Translations under genes and position numbers: made by a program | Part shown: piece after piece, positions 50,401-62,969 of the stretch | Layout: each line of letters opens with the position of its first letter | Numbering within the stretch: position 1 is the first letter of the stretch | The notes under the pieces: model-generated | Database searches by the model: none | Told to the model about the DNA's origin: nothing | The model's input: only the letters and a program-made list of their open reading frames with translations | Assembly: GCF_004010195.1 (NCBI RefSeq) | Contig: NC_057753.1 | Coordinates: forward strand, 9,344,341-9,408,340 | DNA: 64,000 nucleotides | Origin: Chiloscyllium plagiosum | Taxonomy: Eukaryota | Direction of reading: 5' to 3'

Positions 50401-52094
50401 TATCCCTACATCTAGTTGAATAGGCTGGAACTTTTTCACTGGTGCACAGGAGGTTGAGAGGTGACCTTACAGAGGTTTATAAAATCATGAGGGTGGTAGA
50501 TGAGGTGAACAGCAGGTGTCCTTTCCGATAGGTGGGGGCTTCAAGATTCATGAGCAAATTATGAAGGTGAGATGAGAAAAATTTTTAAAAGACTTGAGTC
50601 GCACCTTTTTTCTTTTAAGAGAGTAGTTTGTGTGTGGGATAAATGTCCAGAGGAAGTGGTAGATGCAGGTACAGTTACAACGTTTAAAAGACATTTGGAT
50701 AGGTACATGAATAGGAAAGGTTCAGAGGGATATGGGGCAAACACTAAAGATGGGATTCCTTTAGTTTGAGAACCACAGTCAGCATGGTCTATTTGGACTG
50801 AAGGATCTATTTCTGTGCTGTATGACTCTGTAACTGTTCTGTATTGATCTTAAAAGGATTTTCTTGCCTTCCCCTATAAACATCCCCTTCTTTCTTGTTC
50901 AAAAATCAAATTAACTCAGCCTTGAATATATTCAATGACATCACAACTGCAGGAAGACATCCCCACTTCTGAACTCAATTCCTCTTGGTAATATACCACT
51001 TGCCTTGCTGATTGTTTGCTACACCTGACTGACAACTGGCATTGACTGGTGTAGAAGGACGCTGAGGCCCCTTTGTAAATCCACACATCATTCCTGATGA
51101 AGGACTCTTGTTCCTCAGATTCTGCCTGACCTGCTGTGCTTTTCCAGTGCCACACTTTCTGACTCTGATCTCCAGCATCTGCAGTTCTCACTTTCTCCAC
51201 ATCCCAATAGATCACTACTTAAACACTACACCTCTTTTCTACTTTTTTCACAGCAAAGGCTATAACTTCACATTGTGGTACTGTATTTGCCATGTGTTTG
51301 CCAATTGTGGCCTTCTCTACAATTAGGGAGACCAAGTGTAAACTTGGGGAACACTTCACAGAGTACTGCAGCTGAGTCCGCAGAGGCCGACCGGACTTCC
51401 CAGTCACCACCCATTTTAATTCACCTTCCCGTTTCCTTTCTGACATGATCATCTTTGGCCTCCTCCATTGCCATAACAAACCAAACTGCAAAATGGAGGA
51501 ACATCACCCCAACATTGGAGTTCTCCAATTTCAACTAACCACCTTTCCCATCCCCATCCCCTCTCCCCCCTGCCACCAACCAGATTCCTTCCTCCCATTG
51601 ACCAACCAGGTGTTCACCTATCCCAACTTCACCACCCTGCCCCCAGCACCCACTTGTTCTGCAGCTCCCCCTGCACCCGAAACATCGACTTGTCCACCTC
51701 CTGACGCTGCCTGTCTATTTTGCCAATTCAGACACAGATCTAGACCAATATTTCTCGAGTCTGTCCCCTCCTTTCCTGTCAGTTGCTACAAGTCAACAAT
51801 TTATAGAATCCCTGCAGTGTGGAAAGAGGCCTTTCGGCCCAACAAGTCCACACCAACCCTCCAAAGAGCAACCCATCCAGATCCATTGCCTTACTCTATT
51901 ACTCTCCATTTACCCTGACTAGTGCACCTAACCTACACATCCCTGATTACTATGGGCAATTTAGCATGGCCAATTCACCTAATCTCTCCGTCTTTGATTG
52001 TGGGAGGACACCGGAGCACTTGGAGGAAACCCACGCCCCTTAATTTAAGAATGAAAAATAAATGGAAAAACGGAGTCGGAAAAGAGAATGAATT

Positions 52095-52400
52095 ACTCAC
52101 GGAAGTTGCAGTCCGAAGTGAAGCGCGATCTTCATTGAGAGAAACAGAAACAGAAGAAGCAGCAACATCAGCTTCAGAAGCTCATGGTCCAACTTCCGCA
52201 TTTAGACAATGGGGTCGCTCTGATTGACGGGAAGGACCAGTCATCTTCCGGTCCCCTTGGCTTCCTATTGGTTCATCAAAAGTAGGTCGCGCGTCTTTTC
52301 CGCGGACAGCGAGGAGCATGCGTAGTGCGTTACTGATACAGTAAAGCATGCGCAGTGCGTTCCTGATACCGTAAAGCATGCGCAGTATGATCCGTGGAGA
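52095..52400 (-). promoter_or_regulatory. CpG-rich promoter and non-coding exon 1 of the ZF gene
   Basis: Three NRF1-like GCATGCG(C/T)A at 30-bp period (52315-52385), ETS CCGGAAG, ATTGG, donor GTGAGT at 52100-52095; orientation fits the acceptor at 47803. Confidence 0.65.
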
Positions 52401-52733
52401 TGACGCTGTTACTGACAGTTTTTAAGTGTCCAAAAGGAGAAAAAGAGAGTCGAGCCACAAATTTTTTTCCTTTTGCATTCTGTCTGGCTGCTCAACGTTT
52501 TTTATGCCTTTTCCTCAGGGTAGTGGGGCGAGTTCAGAACTAGAAGGCAGAGGTTTAGGGTGAGAGGGAAAAGATTTATGAGGGACCGAAGGGGCGACTT
52601 TTCACACAGAGGGTGGTGTGTGTTTGGAATGAGCTGCCGGAGGAAGTCGTGGTAGCTGGTACAATTACAATATTTAAAATTACAATATTTAAATTACAAT
52701 ATTTAAAAGGCATCTGGATAGAAGGGTCAAAGT

Positions 52734-52830
52734 TTAGATTAGAGTGGAGCTGGAAAAGCACAGCAGTTCAGGCAGCATCCGAGGAGCAGTAAAATCGACG
52801 TTTCGGGCAAAAGCACTTCATCAGGAATAC
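52734..52830 (-). mobile_element. Penelope terminal repeat with hammerhead motif
   Basis: ATTC-CTGATGA-AGTGCTTTTGCCC-GAAA-CGTCGA. Confidence 0.7.
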
Positions 52831-52879
52831 AGGCAGGCTGGACAGGGGATGCTGTGGATTGTGGGGGTGAATGGACAGA

Positions 52880-52995
52880 GAGTGCTGAGGTGGCTGGGGA
52901 AATAGACAGGGGGTGCTGAGGTGGCTGGGGAAATAGACAAGGGGTGCTGTGGTGGCTGGGGAAATAGACAAGGGGTGCTGTGGTGGCTGGGGAAA
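52880..52995. repeat. G-rich 31-bp minisatellite (~3.7 copies)
   Basis: gtgctg(a/t)ggtggctggggaaatagacaaggg repeated. Confidence 0.85.
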
Positions 52996-53559
52996 GGATG
53001 GGGTTAGAGTGGGTGCCAGAGGGAATGGCCAGGGAGCGCTGTGGATGGCATTGTGGAATGGACAGGGGGCGCTGTGTGTGGCGGGGGGGAAGAGACGGGG
53101 GCAGTGCGGGTGACAGGCTTGAATGGACAGGTGGTGCTGTCACAAGGTGGCAGGGTGTGGATTAAGGGCAACCTTTTAATGCAGACAGTTGTGTAGGTGT
53201 AGAACAAGCTGCCAGAGGAAGTTGTGGAATTGGGTATAATTACCACATTTAAAAGGTGCCTAGATGAATAATTTGGATTGAGAGGGATCTGGGCCAAATG
53301 CTGGAAATTAGGATTGGGTCAGATTTGGACAATTGGTCAGTGTGGATGTGTTGAACCGAAGGGTCTGTTTCCATGTAGTGTCACTCTATAAGTTGATGAT
53401 TTTTATTATCAAAACCAGATCTTTTTACTGAAAATCATCCTGCTGGAATTTTTCTTAGTGCACCCAGTTTCAGGAGATTTGTGGTGGGTAAAAGTGGTGC
53501 AAGTCCCCAATCCTGAAAATTCTGGAAAATATAAAGGGATTATTAAAAATACTTTAACT

Positions 53560-54050
53560 TTGGGAACACTAGGTCTTGTGGAAGCAGTGTATTTGTCAAA
53601 TATTTTCATCTGTCCATCTTCTACAAGGCACAAGTCAGCAATGTAGTGCAATACTCTCCCATCAGCTTTAATGGATGCAGCTTCAACAGTTTTCAAGAAA
53701 AGACTTGATATGATCTAGGACAAAATAACCTGCTCGATTGGCGCGATGTCCACTCCCTCCGCCCCACTGTTCAGAAGCAGAAGTGTGTACTATCTGCAAG
53801 ATGCACTGCAGAAATTCACCAAAGATCCTTAGAAAATAGCTTCCAAACCAACAATTATTTCCACCTAGAAAGACCAGGACAACAGATACTTGGGAACACA
53901 ATCTCTTGCAAGTACCGCTCCAAGCTTGACTATTCTTTCAGTGTTGCTGGGTGTAAATCCTGGAATTCCCTTCGTAAGGGCATTGTGGGTCATCATACAA
54001 CATGTGGACCACAATGGTTCAAGAAGGCAGCCCATCCAGCAACTCCCATC
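53560..54050 (+). mobile_element. Old L2/CR1-clade LINE 3' fragment
   Basis: YKAQV..EYSP-like motif and 'ggttcaagaaggcagc' 3' motif; related to 30940-31200. Confidence 0.5.
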
Positions 54051-54333
54051 TACCACGAGTAACTTTTAATAAATTGTTGAAACAGAGCATTGAATTGTGC
54101 AAACTAAAACAAATTAATATTAAGGATGGAGGGCATTTATTTGAGGAGAGATAATGAGCAATATACTGGCACTGAATTGGAAATAGAGTTTAGAGTTAAA
54201 CACCTGTAGTGTTTCATTCAGTGTATACATTTAAAATCGATTAAAGCTTGGATCCTAATGTGTACTTCAATACCACGTGAATTGTACGATTAAGACGGCA
54301 TGTGGGACACTTCATTTCACCTCATTACTGACG

Positions 54334-54400
54334 ACTATATCTCCCACAATCCCATGCACTGCAGAAACCGCTCTATCGGTCACGGGCAGTGCGCATGTGT
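54334..54400 (+). promoter_or_regulatory. ZNF143/Staf-like and NRF1-like promoter motifs
   Basis: ACTATATCTCCCACAATCCC (54334-54353) and TGCGCATG (54390-54397). Confidence 0.45.
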
Positions 54401-54474
54401 GAGATCGGAATGGGGCCCACCCCACATCATTCTGATGGACAGCAGACCAACCTTTGGTCCTGATGAAGGGCTTC

Positions 54475-54974
54475 NNNNNNNNNNNNNNNNNNNNNNNNNN
54501 NNNNNNNNNNNNNNNNNNNNNNNNNNNNNNNNNNNNNNNNNNNNNNNNNNNNNNNNNNNNNNNNNNNNNNNNNNNNNNNNNNNNNNNNNNNNNNNNNNNN
54601 NNNNNNNNNNNNNNNNNNNNNNNNNNNNNNNNNNNNNNNNNNNNNNNNNNNNNNNNNNNNNNNNNNNNNNNNNNNNNNNNNNNNNNNNNNNNNNNNNNNN
54701 NNNNNNNNNNNNNNNNNNNNNNNNNNNNNNNNNNNNNNNNNNNNNNNNNNNNNNNNNNNNNNNNNNNNNNNNNNNNNNNNNNNNNNNNNNNNNNNNNNNN
54801 NNNNNNNNNNNNNNNNNNNNNNNNNNNNNNNNNNNNNNNNNNNNNNNNNNNNNNNNNNNNNNNNNNNNNNNNNNNNNNNNNNNNNNNNNNNNNNNNNNNN
54901 NNNNNNNNNNNNNNNNNNNNNNNNNNNNNNNNNNNNNNNNNNNNNNNNNNNNNNNNNNNNNNNNNNNNNNNNNN
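54475..54974. other. Assembly gap (500 N)
   Basis: N run. Confidence 0.99.
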
Positions 54975-54988
54975 TTGTCAATTCCTCC

Positions 54989-55434
54989 CACATGGGGGAG
55001 AAGCCGTTCACCTGCCCTGAGTGCAGAAAGGGCTTTACCCTAGCCTCTGCCCTGCTGAGGCACAAGAAGGTCCACACAGGAGACAGGCCCTTCAGCTGCC
55101 CCAAGTGTAGGAAGAGCTTTACCTGGGCTTCCAACCTACTGACCCATCAGCGGGTCCATGCAGGGGAGAGGCCCTTCCCCTGAACCAAGTGCAAGAAGGC
55201 CTTCAGCCATTCCTCAGACAGGCTGAAACAGAAGCGGGTCCACACTGGGGAGAGGGCCTTCAGTTGCCCCGAGTGCAGGAAGGCTTTCAGCGATTCCTCC
55301 AACCTGCTGAGACACCAGTGGGTTCACACCAGGGAGAGACCGTTTATCTGCTCTCACTGTGGGAAGGGCTTCACCTGCTCTTCCCAACTGCGGAGGCACC
55401 AGCGAGTTCACGTGCCATCGCAGGGGGGGGTTGA
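54989..55434 (+). pseudogene. C2H2 zinc-finger gene 3' part (5 fingers visible), premature stop
   Basis: Cys>TGA at 55181-55183 in finger 3; C-terminus HVPSQG resembles the out-of-frame end of the 46.7-kb gene; 5' end lies in the gap. Confidence 0.8.
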
Positions 55435-55994
55435 AGGAATGATGACTAAGTGCTATTATTGACTGGACTATCAACCCAGTTCCGCGGACTCCCAGGTTCA
55501 AATCCTGCGGCAGCAGATGGTGGAATTAGAATTCAGTCAGAAATCTGGAGTTCAGAATCTAATGATAAAGCCATTTTAATGGGGGGCTGGAGAAAACTCC
55601 CATCTGATTCACTTACATCCATTTTAGGGAAGGAAACTGCCGTTGTGGGAAAGGATTCACTCAGTCGTCCCAGCTGCATCCTTTACCCGGTCTGGCCTTT
55701 GCGTGATTCCAGACCCACAGCAGTGGCACAGGTTTTCTGTGAGATCTGAGGGCAACTTTTCCATGCAGAGTATGGTGCATATATGGAATAAGCTGCCAGA
55801 TGAAGTGGTGAACGCTTGTACAATTGCAACATTTAATAGGCATCTGGATAGGTTTATGAATAGGAAGGGTTTGGAGGGATGTGGGCCAGGTGCTGGTAGG
55901 TGGGACTAGATTGGGTTGGGATATCTGCTCGGTGTGGACAAGTTTGAGTGAAGGGTCTGTTTCTGAGCTGTACATCTATGACTCTGTCTATTTG

Positions 55995-56690
55995 GTTACA
56001 GATGCTGCTCCTCTCCCTCAATGAAGATTGAGCTTCACCCCAGACTGCAACTTTTTTCCTCTGTCCAACATCTGTGAGTACAACACACTCTTTTCTCACC
56101 CACTTTTTCAATTTATTTGTCATTCTGGGGTTCAATTGTTGACTTACAGCAACTGAAAGGAAAGGAAGTGACCCCATGGAGGGGACAAGACTCTGGAAAA
56201 GTTGGTCCAGGTTGTGTCGCAATTGGCAATATAGACAGACAGGACACCAAGCCAGACAACATCAGGTGGTGGAGAAGTCGACATTTCAGGCATAACCCTT
56301 CTTCAAGACAGGGGATGGGTGTAGGGGAAGATGCAGATAAAAGGGTGCCGGGGGCAGGGTGTTGAAGTGGGGACTGGTGAAGACAGAGGGTACAACCTAG
56401 TTGGTCAATGGGAGGAAGGAATCTAGTTGATGGCAGGGAAGAGTAGATGGGAGGGGCAGAGGCTGCAAAGGGAGTCAGGGGGTGGGAAGAGAGAAATTAG
56501 AGAACTCAATGTTGAGTTCTCAGTGCTGTACTGTGCCCAGGTGGAAGATGAGGTGGTGTTCCTGCAATTTGCGGATTGGTTCATTGTGGCAATGAAGGAG
56601 GCCAAAGCTGGTCATATCAGAAAGGGAGAGGGAAGGGGAATTAAAATGGGTGGTCACTGGGACATCCAGTCAGCCTCTGCAGACCCTCTT
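55995..56690 (+). repeat. Partial inverted duplicon copy (exon 1 + start of intron 1)
   Basis: Donor GTGAGT at 56074-56079; reverse complement of ~43480-44420. Confidence 0.65.
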
Positions 56691-58421
56691 GCCCTTCCTT
56701 GTTTTAGCAAAATGCAACCCCTGGCTTTTATCCACACCTCTCTTATGCACATGCGCTCTCTCAGACACACACACATTCCTAATACTTACCCTCGCACAGA
56801 CTGATACTCCATGATACTCACTTCACCAAGCAAGCATGCATGCAAAAATGCTCTTATGCGCATTCTCACGCACAAACTCACATGGAGACACCTGTGCTGC
56901 CCTGCATAGTTTGCAGAAATCTCTTCCCTTCAGAGAATCCCCAGTGTGGAAGCAGGTCACTCGACCCAACTAGTCCACCGACCCTGCAGAGGGTAACTCT
57001 CCTTACCCCTATTTCTCTATATTCACCCCTGACTAATGCACCTAACCTGGACATGCCTGGGCACTATGGGTAATTGAGCTTGGCCAATCCACTCTAACCT
57101 GGACAAAGTTAAAAATCACATACCAAGTTATTTGGAAGCACTGGCTTTCGACATGCTGCTCTTTCATCAGGTGGTTGTGGAGAATAAAATCATAAGGCAC
57201 AGAACTTATGGAAAAACATTAGTGTCCTGCCACTGAAATGATATATTGAACAAACCTGGATTGTTAAGTCTTTCATCTTTTCAAATGGGTTGCAGGCATC
57301 ATTAATATGTAAATCTCCAACTTCCTGCAAGGCACCTTCTTGACATAACTTAAGATTTTGTAACAAAAGATGACATCTCAGCTCAGACAATGCATTAAAT
57401 GTGTGAGGTGAGAGTCTGTCAGTATCCAAACCTTGAATCGAACTGGTTCTATTTCCAAAGTCGAATTTACAAAATATTATTGACTGCCTGCAAATTGTGC
57501 ACTTTTGAGCAAAATAGAATGTATCTGCAAATAAAAATTCACCCCATGGACTAGTGTATGTGCACGCGCATGAGAGAAAGGCTACTTCCATGCTGTACGT
57601 GTCTATCTCTGTCTGATAACAGATGCTTTACTTCTGGGGTAAGTATTGTAAATCATAGCTGGGTACTAATAGTTAGATGTAATGGAGAGTTCTTCAAGTT
57701 GGGCACAATCAGAATCCCGGGAGACCCCTGTTTCTGGTTTGCTTCCTAATGAACAGACATTAAGCATGAGCACATATTTATTTCTCATGTTGTTATTTCA
57801 TTTTTCTTGTTTGATTCTCTGCTATGACTGCAATCTTGTCTGGTTGGTTGGGAGACTGGAGATTGTGCATTGGGCTTTGATTGACTGAATATTTTATTGT
57901 GCCAGAAGGTGTAACGGTGTTGGGGGGGGGGTCAGTCAGTCAAAGCTTCAGCAGAAATCCAGTAGAGCGGAGAACAGACTGACATCTTATGCTGTAGGAA
58001 CAGGGAGATCAGAGGACAAGGAAATGAGGACCTGAAATCAGAGCAGACGCCAGACTATCCTGTGGTCAGTGCTTTGATTAGCAGCGCCAACCCTTTACCT
58101 AGCTTCCCACTTGACTACCCCCTCAATATTCAGGATCCAAGCCTTGTCATCCCGAAGCCATGTCTCTGTAAGGAGTCTCAGATCATAATTCATCTCTTCA
58201 GTGTGAGCAGTCAACTGTGTATGCATATGTGCTACTTTTGTTACACAGTGTAGCACATATGCATACACAATTGTTTTTTTCCATTTTTGTGATCTTTAGA
58301 ATTCAGTTTTGCTTGCTGGTACATTTACTCTCCTTGTTCCTTTCTATCATTCTCTGATGCTCATTTTCCACATCACTGCATTGCTCACCTGCCTTGATTT
58401 GGATTGGCCTGGCTAAATTAC

Positions 58422-58513
58422 CCTGAAGAAGGGCTTATGCCCGAAACGTCGATTCTCCTGTTCCCTGGATGCTGCCTGACCTGCTGCGCTTTTCCAGCAA
58501 CACATTTTCAGCT
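58422..58513 (+). mobile_element. 92-bp hammerhead-headed mini-element with TSD
   Basis: TSD CTAAATTAC at 58413-58421 and 58514-58522; empty site in the paralog near 12570. Confidence 0.85.
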
Positions 58514-61071
58514 CTAAATTACCCATGTCTAGGGATGTGCAGGTTAGGTGGGTTAACTATGGGAAATGCAGGGTTATAGTTTCATAGTAATAGAAGCAGG
58601 GGTAGGCCTTATGGCCCGTCCAGCCTGCTCCGCCATTCATAAGACCATAGCTGAACTATCCATCATCTCAGCTCCTCCTCCCTGCATTATCCCAACTACC
58701 CTTAAGTAATCTACCATGCAAAAACCCAACCAACTGTGTCTTCAACATACTTAATGAAGTGGCCTCTACTGCTTCCTTGGGCAGAGAATTCCATAGATTG
58801 GCTACTTTCCAGGAAAAGTAGTTCCTCCTCATCTCTGTCCGAAATCTTCTCCCCCAAATTATGTGGCCTAGTCTAATCCACCAACAGAAATGACTGGATA
58901 GGGTAGGGCTTCATCCCTACAGTGCAATGAATTCCCACTTTCCACCAAAGTCCCAGATGTACTCACTCACTCATTTGCTGTCTCACAAAAGAAAGATTTC
59001 ATTGTAACTACTTCTCCTCCCAGTAAGGGCAAGACATCTTTGAAAGTCCAGTCTTCACAACCACACTTCTGCTTTCACTGAAGACTATTAGAATCGTACA
59101 GCACAAAAACAGACCCTTTGGCCCAACTTGTCCTTACCAGGCAAACATCCTGAATTAATCTATTCCCATTTGGCCCATGTCCCTTTCAAACCTTCCAATG
59201 TGTGTACCCACCCACATGCCTTTTAAACGTTGTAATTGTACCAGCCTCCACCACTCCCTCTGGCAACTCATTCCATACATGCACCACCCTCTGCGTGAAA
59301 AAATTGCCCCTTAGATCCCTATTAAATCATTCCTCTCTCACCTCAAACATATGCCCCTTCATTTTGGACTCCAGCATCCTGGGCAAATGACCTTGGGTAT
59401 TCACTGTATTCATACCCCTTGTAAACTTCTGTAAGGTTACCTCAGCCTCCAATGCTTTAGGGAAAATATCCATGGCCCAATCAACCTCTTCCTGTAGTTC
59501 AAACCCTCCACCTCTGGCAACAGCTTTGTAAATCTCATCCGACCCCTTTCAAAGTTTCACAAGTTCTTTCCAATATCAGGGAGACCAGAACTGAACGCAG
59601 TATTTCAAAAATGCCCTAACCAATGTACAGCACAACAAGACCTCGCAACTCCTTTACTCAATGCTCTGACCAATAAAGGAAAGATTACCAAACGCTTTCT
59701 TCACTATCCTATCTACCCACAACTCCACTTTCAAGGAACTATGAACCTGCACTCCAAGTTCCCTTGCTTCTGCAACACTCCCCTTAGCTATGTCAGTCTT
59801 GCCTGGATTGCTTGACCAAAACGCTACACCTCACATTTCTATAAATTAAACTCCATCTTCCACTCTTCAGCCCATTGCCTGTCCCATAAATACTAATTTA
59901 CAGCAAACTCTCATTCCTCTTATTCCTGAGAAGCTGAACGTTTCCATCCCACACACTCCCCCTCAGTTTTCACTTTTCTGAACCTAATCCCTGCTGTACC
60001 TCATCCTGAAGCGGCAAAATACTGACCGGCCTGGACAGAGCGGACGTTGGGAAGATGTTTCCATTGGTAGGAGAGACAAGGACATGAGGGCACTGCCTTA
60101 GAGTAAAAGGGAAAACCTTTTAGAATGAAGATAAGGAGAAACTCCTTTAGCCAGAGAGCGGTGAACTTATGGAATTCATGGTCATAGAAGGCTGTGGAGG
60201 CCAGGACACTGAGGATATTTAAGAGATAGATAGGTTCTTGAGTATCAACAGAATTGGGGGTTATGGGGAGCAAGTGGAAAAATGGGATTGAGAAACTTAT
60301 CAGCCACGATTATGTGGTACGAGCAGACCTGGCGGGCTGAATGGCTGCTTCTATGTCTGATTGTCTCTTGCTGTCCTGGACACACAGGGCGAGAATTGGC
60401 AGGAGTAGGCCATCTGATCTTTCGAGTCTGGACCAGCATTGAACCAATCATTACTGATGACCCCTTAACTGCAAGAAGACATCCCATTTCTGAACTCAAT
60501 TCCTCTTGCTAATACACCACTTGTCTTGCTGATTGCTTCCTGCATCTGTCTGACAATTGGCATTGACTGGTGTAGAAGGACACTGAGCCCCCTTTCTACA
60601 TCCACACATCATTCCTGATGAAGGGCTCGTGCCGGAAACATCAACTCTCCTGCTCCTTGGATGTTGCCTGACCTGTTGTCCTTTTCCAGTGCCACACTTT
60701 GATTCTGATCTCCAAAATCTGCAGTCCTCACTTTCTTCACATCTGCTTATATATCACCATTTAAACAATGCACATTCCTTCTGCTTTTTTCCACAGCAAA
60801 AGCTATAACTTCACATTATGGTACTGTATTTGCCACGTGTTTGCCAATTGTGGTCTTCTCGACATCATGGAAACTGAGTGTAAACTTAGGGAACAATTCG
60901 CCGAGCATCGCAGCCGAGTCTGCAGAGGCTGACTGGAGCTCCCCATCACCATCCATTTTAATTCCCCTTCCCACTCTCTTTCTGACCTGACCATCTTTGG
61001 CCTCCTCCATTGCCACAACGAACCAAACTACAAATTGGAGGAACAACACCTCATCTTTGGCCTAGACAGTC

Positions 61072-61163
61072 ATTCCTGAAGAAAGGCTTATGCCCGAAAC
61101 GTCGATTCTCCTGTTCCTTGGATGCTGCCGGACCTGCTGCGCTTTTCCAGCAACACATTTTCA
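61072..61163 (+). mobile_element. 92-bp hammerhead-headed mini-element with TSD
   Basis: TSD GCCTAGACAGTC at 61060-61071 and 61164-61175. Confidence 0.85.
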
Positions 61164-62717
61164 GCCTAGACAGTCTACAGCCTGGAGGACTCAACATTGA
61201 GTTCTCCAATTTCAAATAACCTGCCTTTCCATCCCTTGATTCCCTTCCCAGCTCCCCCCTCCCTTCCACACCTCCTTGCAACCAAACAGATTCCTTTCTC
61301 CCATTGACCAACCAGGTTGTACCCTCTACCTGTCTTCACCTATCCCCATTTTACCACCGTGCCCCTAGCACACCCTTGATCTGCAGCTCCCCCTACACCC
61401 ACGTCCAGTCTTGAGCAGAGATTACACACGAAATGTTGACTTCTCCACCTCCTGTTGATGCTTGGCTTGCTGCATTCTTCCAGCCTCCTGCCTCTATTTT
61501 GCCAATTGAGATAGACCTGGACCAACTTTTCCCAAGGCTGTCCCCTCCCTGGACTCACTCTCTTTCCTTTCAGGTGCTGCAAGTCAACAATTGAACCACA
61601 GAATGAGAAAATAAACGGAAAAGGGGGTGTGAAATAAAAGGGTGTCATACTCAGATGTTGGACAGAGGAAGGAAGTTGCAGTCTGGAGTGAAGTTCAATC
61701 TTCATTCAGAGAGAGGAGCAAGAGCAGCAGCAGCTTCGGAAGCTCATGGTCCACCTTCTGCATTCAGATAATAGGTGAGCTCTGTTTGGCAGGAGGACAA
61801 TTCTCCTTCCAGTCCTCCAGTGCTCCCTGTTGGTCCATTAAAAGAAGGTCTTGCACCTTTTCTGCCTACAGCAAGGAACATGGCCAATGTTAAGGTTATA
61901 CCAGTGAACATGCACCCTGCTTGCTGACACCAAGGAGTCTACACAATATGCTCTGTGGCAATGTTGATATTATTGACAGATTCCAAGTGTCCAAATGCCA
62001 GTGAGAAAAAAAGGGTAGAGCCTTTTTTATCCCCACGTGGCTTGACATTTTATTGCTTTTGCATTTTGTCTGGCTGCTCAACTTTTTATGTCTTTTCCCC
62101 AGTGTAGGAATGAAGTTCAGAACTAGAGGGCATAGGGTGAGAGTGGCAAGATATAAAAGTGGCAACTTTTCCATGTAGAAGGTGGTGCGTGTATCGAATG
62201 AGTTGCCAGAGGAAGTGGTGGAGGCTGGTACAATTACAGAATTTAAAAGGCATCTGGATGGGTATATGAATAGGAAGGGTTTAGTGGGATATGAACCAAG
62301 TGCTGGCAATTGGGATTAGATTAATTTGGATATCTGTTCGGCTTGGATGGGGAGGATGAAAAGGTCTGTTTCCATGCCGTACGTCTGCAACTCTAAATAA
62401 TAGAGTACACTTTCACAAATAACAAACTATATCCATGTTAACAAGGATTAGTACACCATGTACTTTACTAACCATCCTCAATAGGTCCTGCCCCTTCGAT
62501 GACTGAACAACATATGCTGGTGCATAATCTCCTTCACACACACTAGGCTGAACAATTGCACTAGTAACTGCAACAATAAACAGCATAAGGATAAAAAGAA
62601 AGCGAGGGTAAAAATCACAAGCGCCAGTAAAAGCAGATGGAAAGTGAGTGTAAAATGTCACTATGACAGGACAGGCCCCACATTCCTTCCCCTCCGTCCC
62701 CCCACAACCTGCCTCAC

Positions 62718-62969
62718 CTTTCACCTCCCGGGCCCAGTACCTTCCAGGTGGCCCCATAGTTGACACAGGGGCCGCCCCACGACCAGTAGAACTCCACCAC
62801 CCAGGCGGCCGACGAGTTCCCAAGCAGGCCCTTAACCCCATCCGCCTCCAGAATGCTCACCGGCTCCTGCCTGCTGTACAGCCGGCCGGTGTGGCCGTGA
62901 CACAGCAGCTGCGCCAGGAAGGCGGCGGTGCCCAGTGACGGGTGTCTGCCCCGGGCCGCACGGCGCCAT
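62718..62969 (-). pseudogene. QSOX: QSOX (quiescin sulfhydryl oxidase, QSOX1/QSOX2) coding exon 1, disrupted
   Basis: Signal-peptide-like segment then RLYSRQEPVSILEADGVKGLLGNSSAAWVVEFYWSWGGPCVNYGATWKVL(A)REVK and phase-1 donor G|GTGAGG; two +1 insertions; WCGHC reads WGGPC. Confidence 0.8.

Larger units (their letters stand above)
56890..62090 (-). repeat. ZF-gene promoter/intron-1 duplicon, orphan copy C
   Basis: Collinear with 48100-52500; donor lost; promoter CpGs decayed. Confidence 0.8.

Noticed and set aside
52315..52995. 30-31 bp periodic repeats as a CRISPR-like array
   Set aside because: Eukaryotic DNA, no unique spacers and no cas genes
53409..53530. Possible QSOX exon 2 (acceptor followed by DWG)
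   Set aside because: Lacks the A.LDC...C...PT motif and hits a stop
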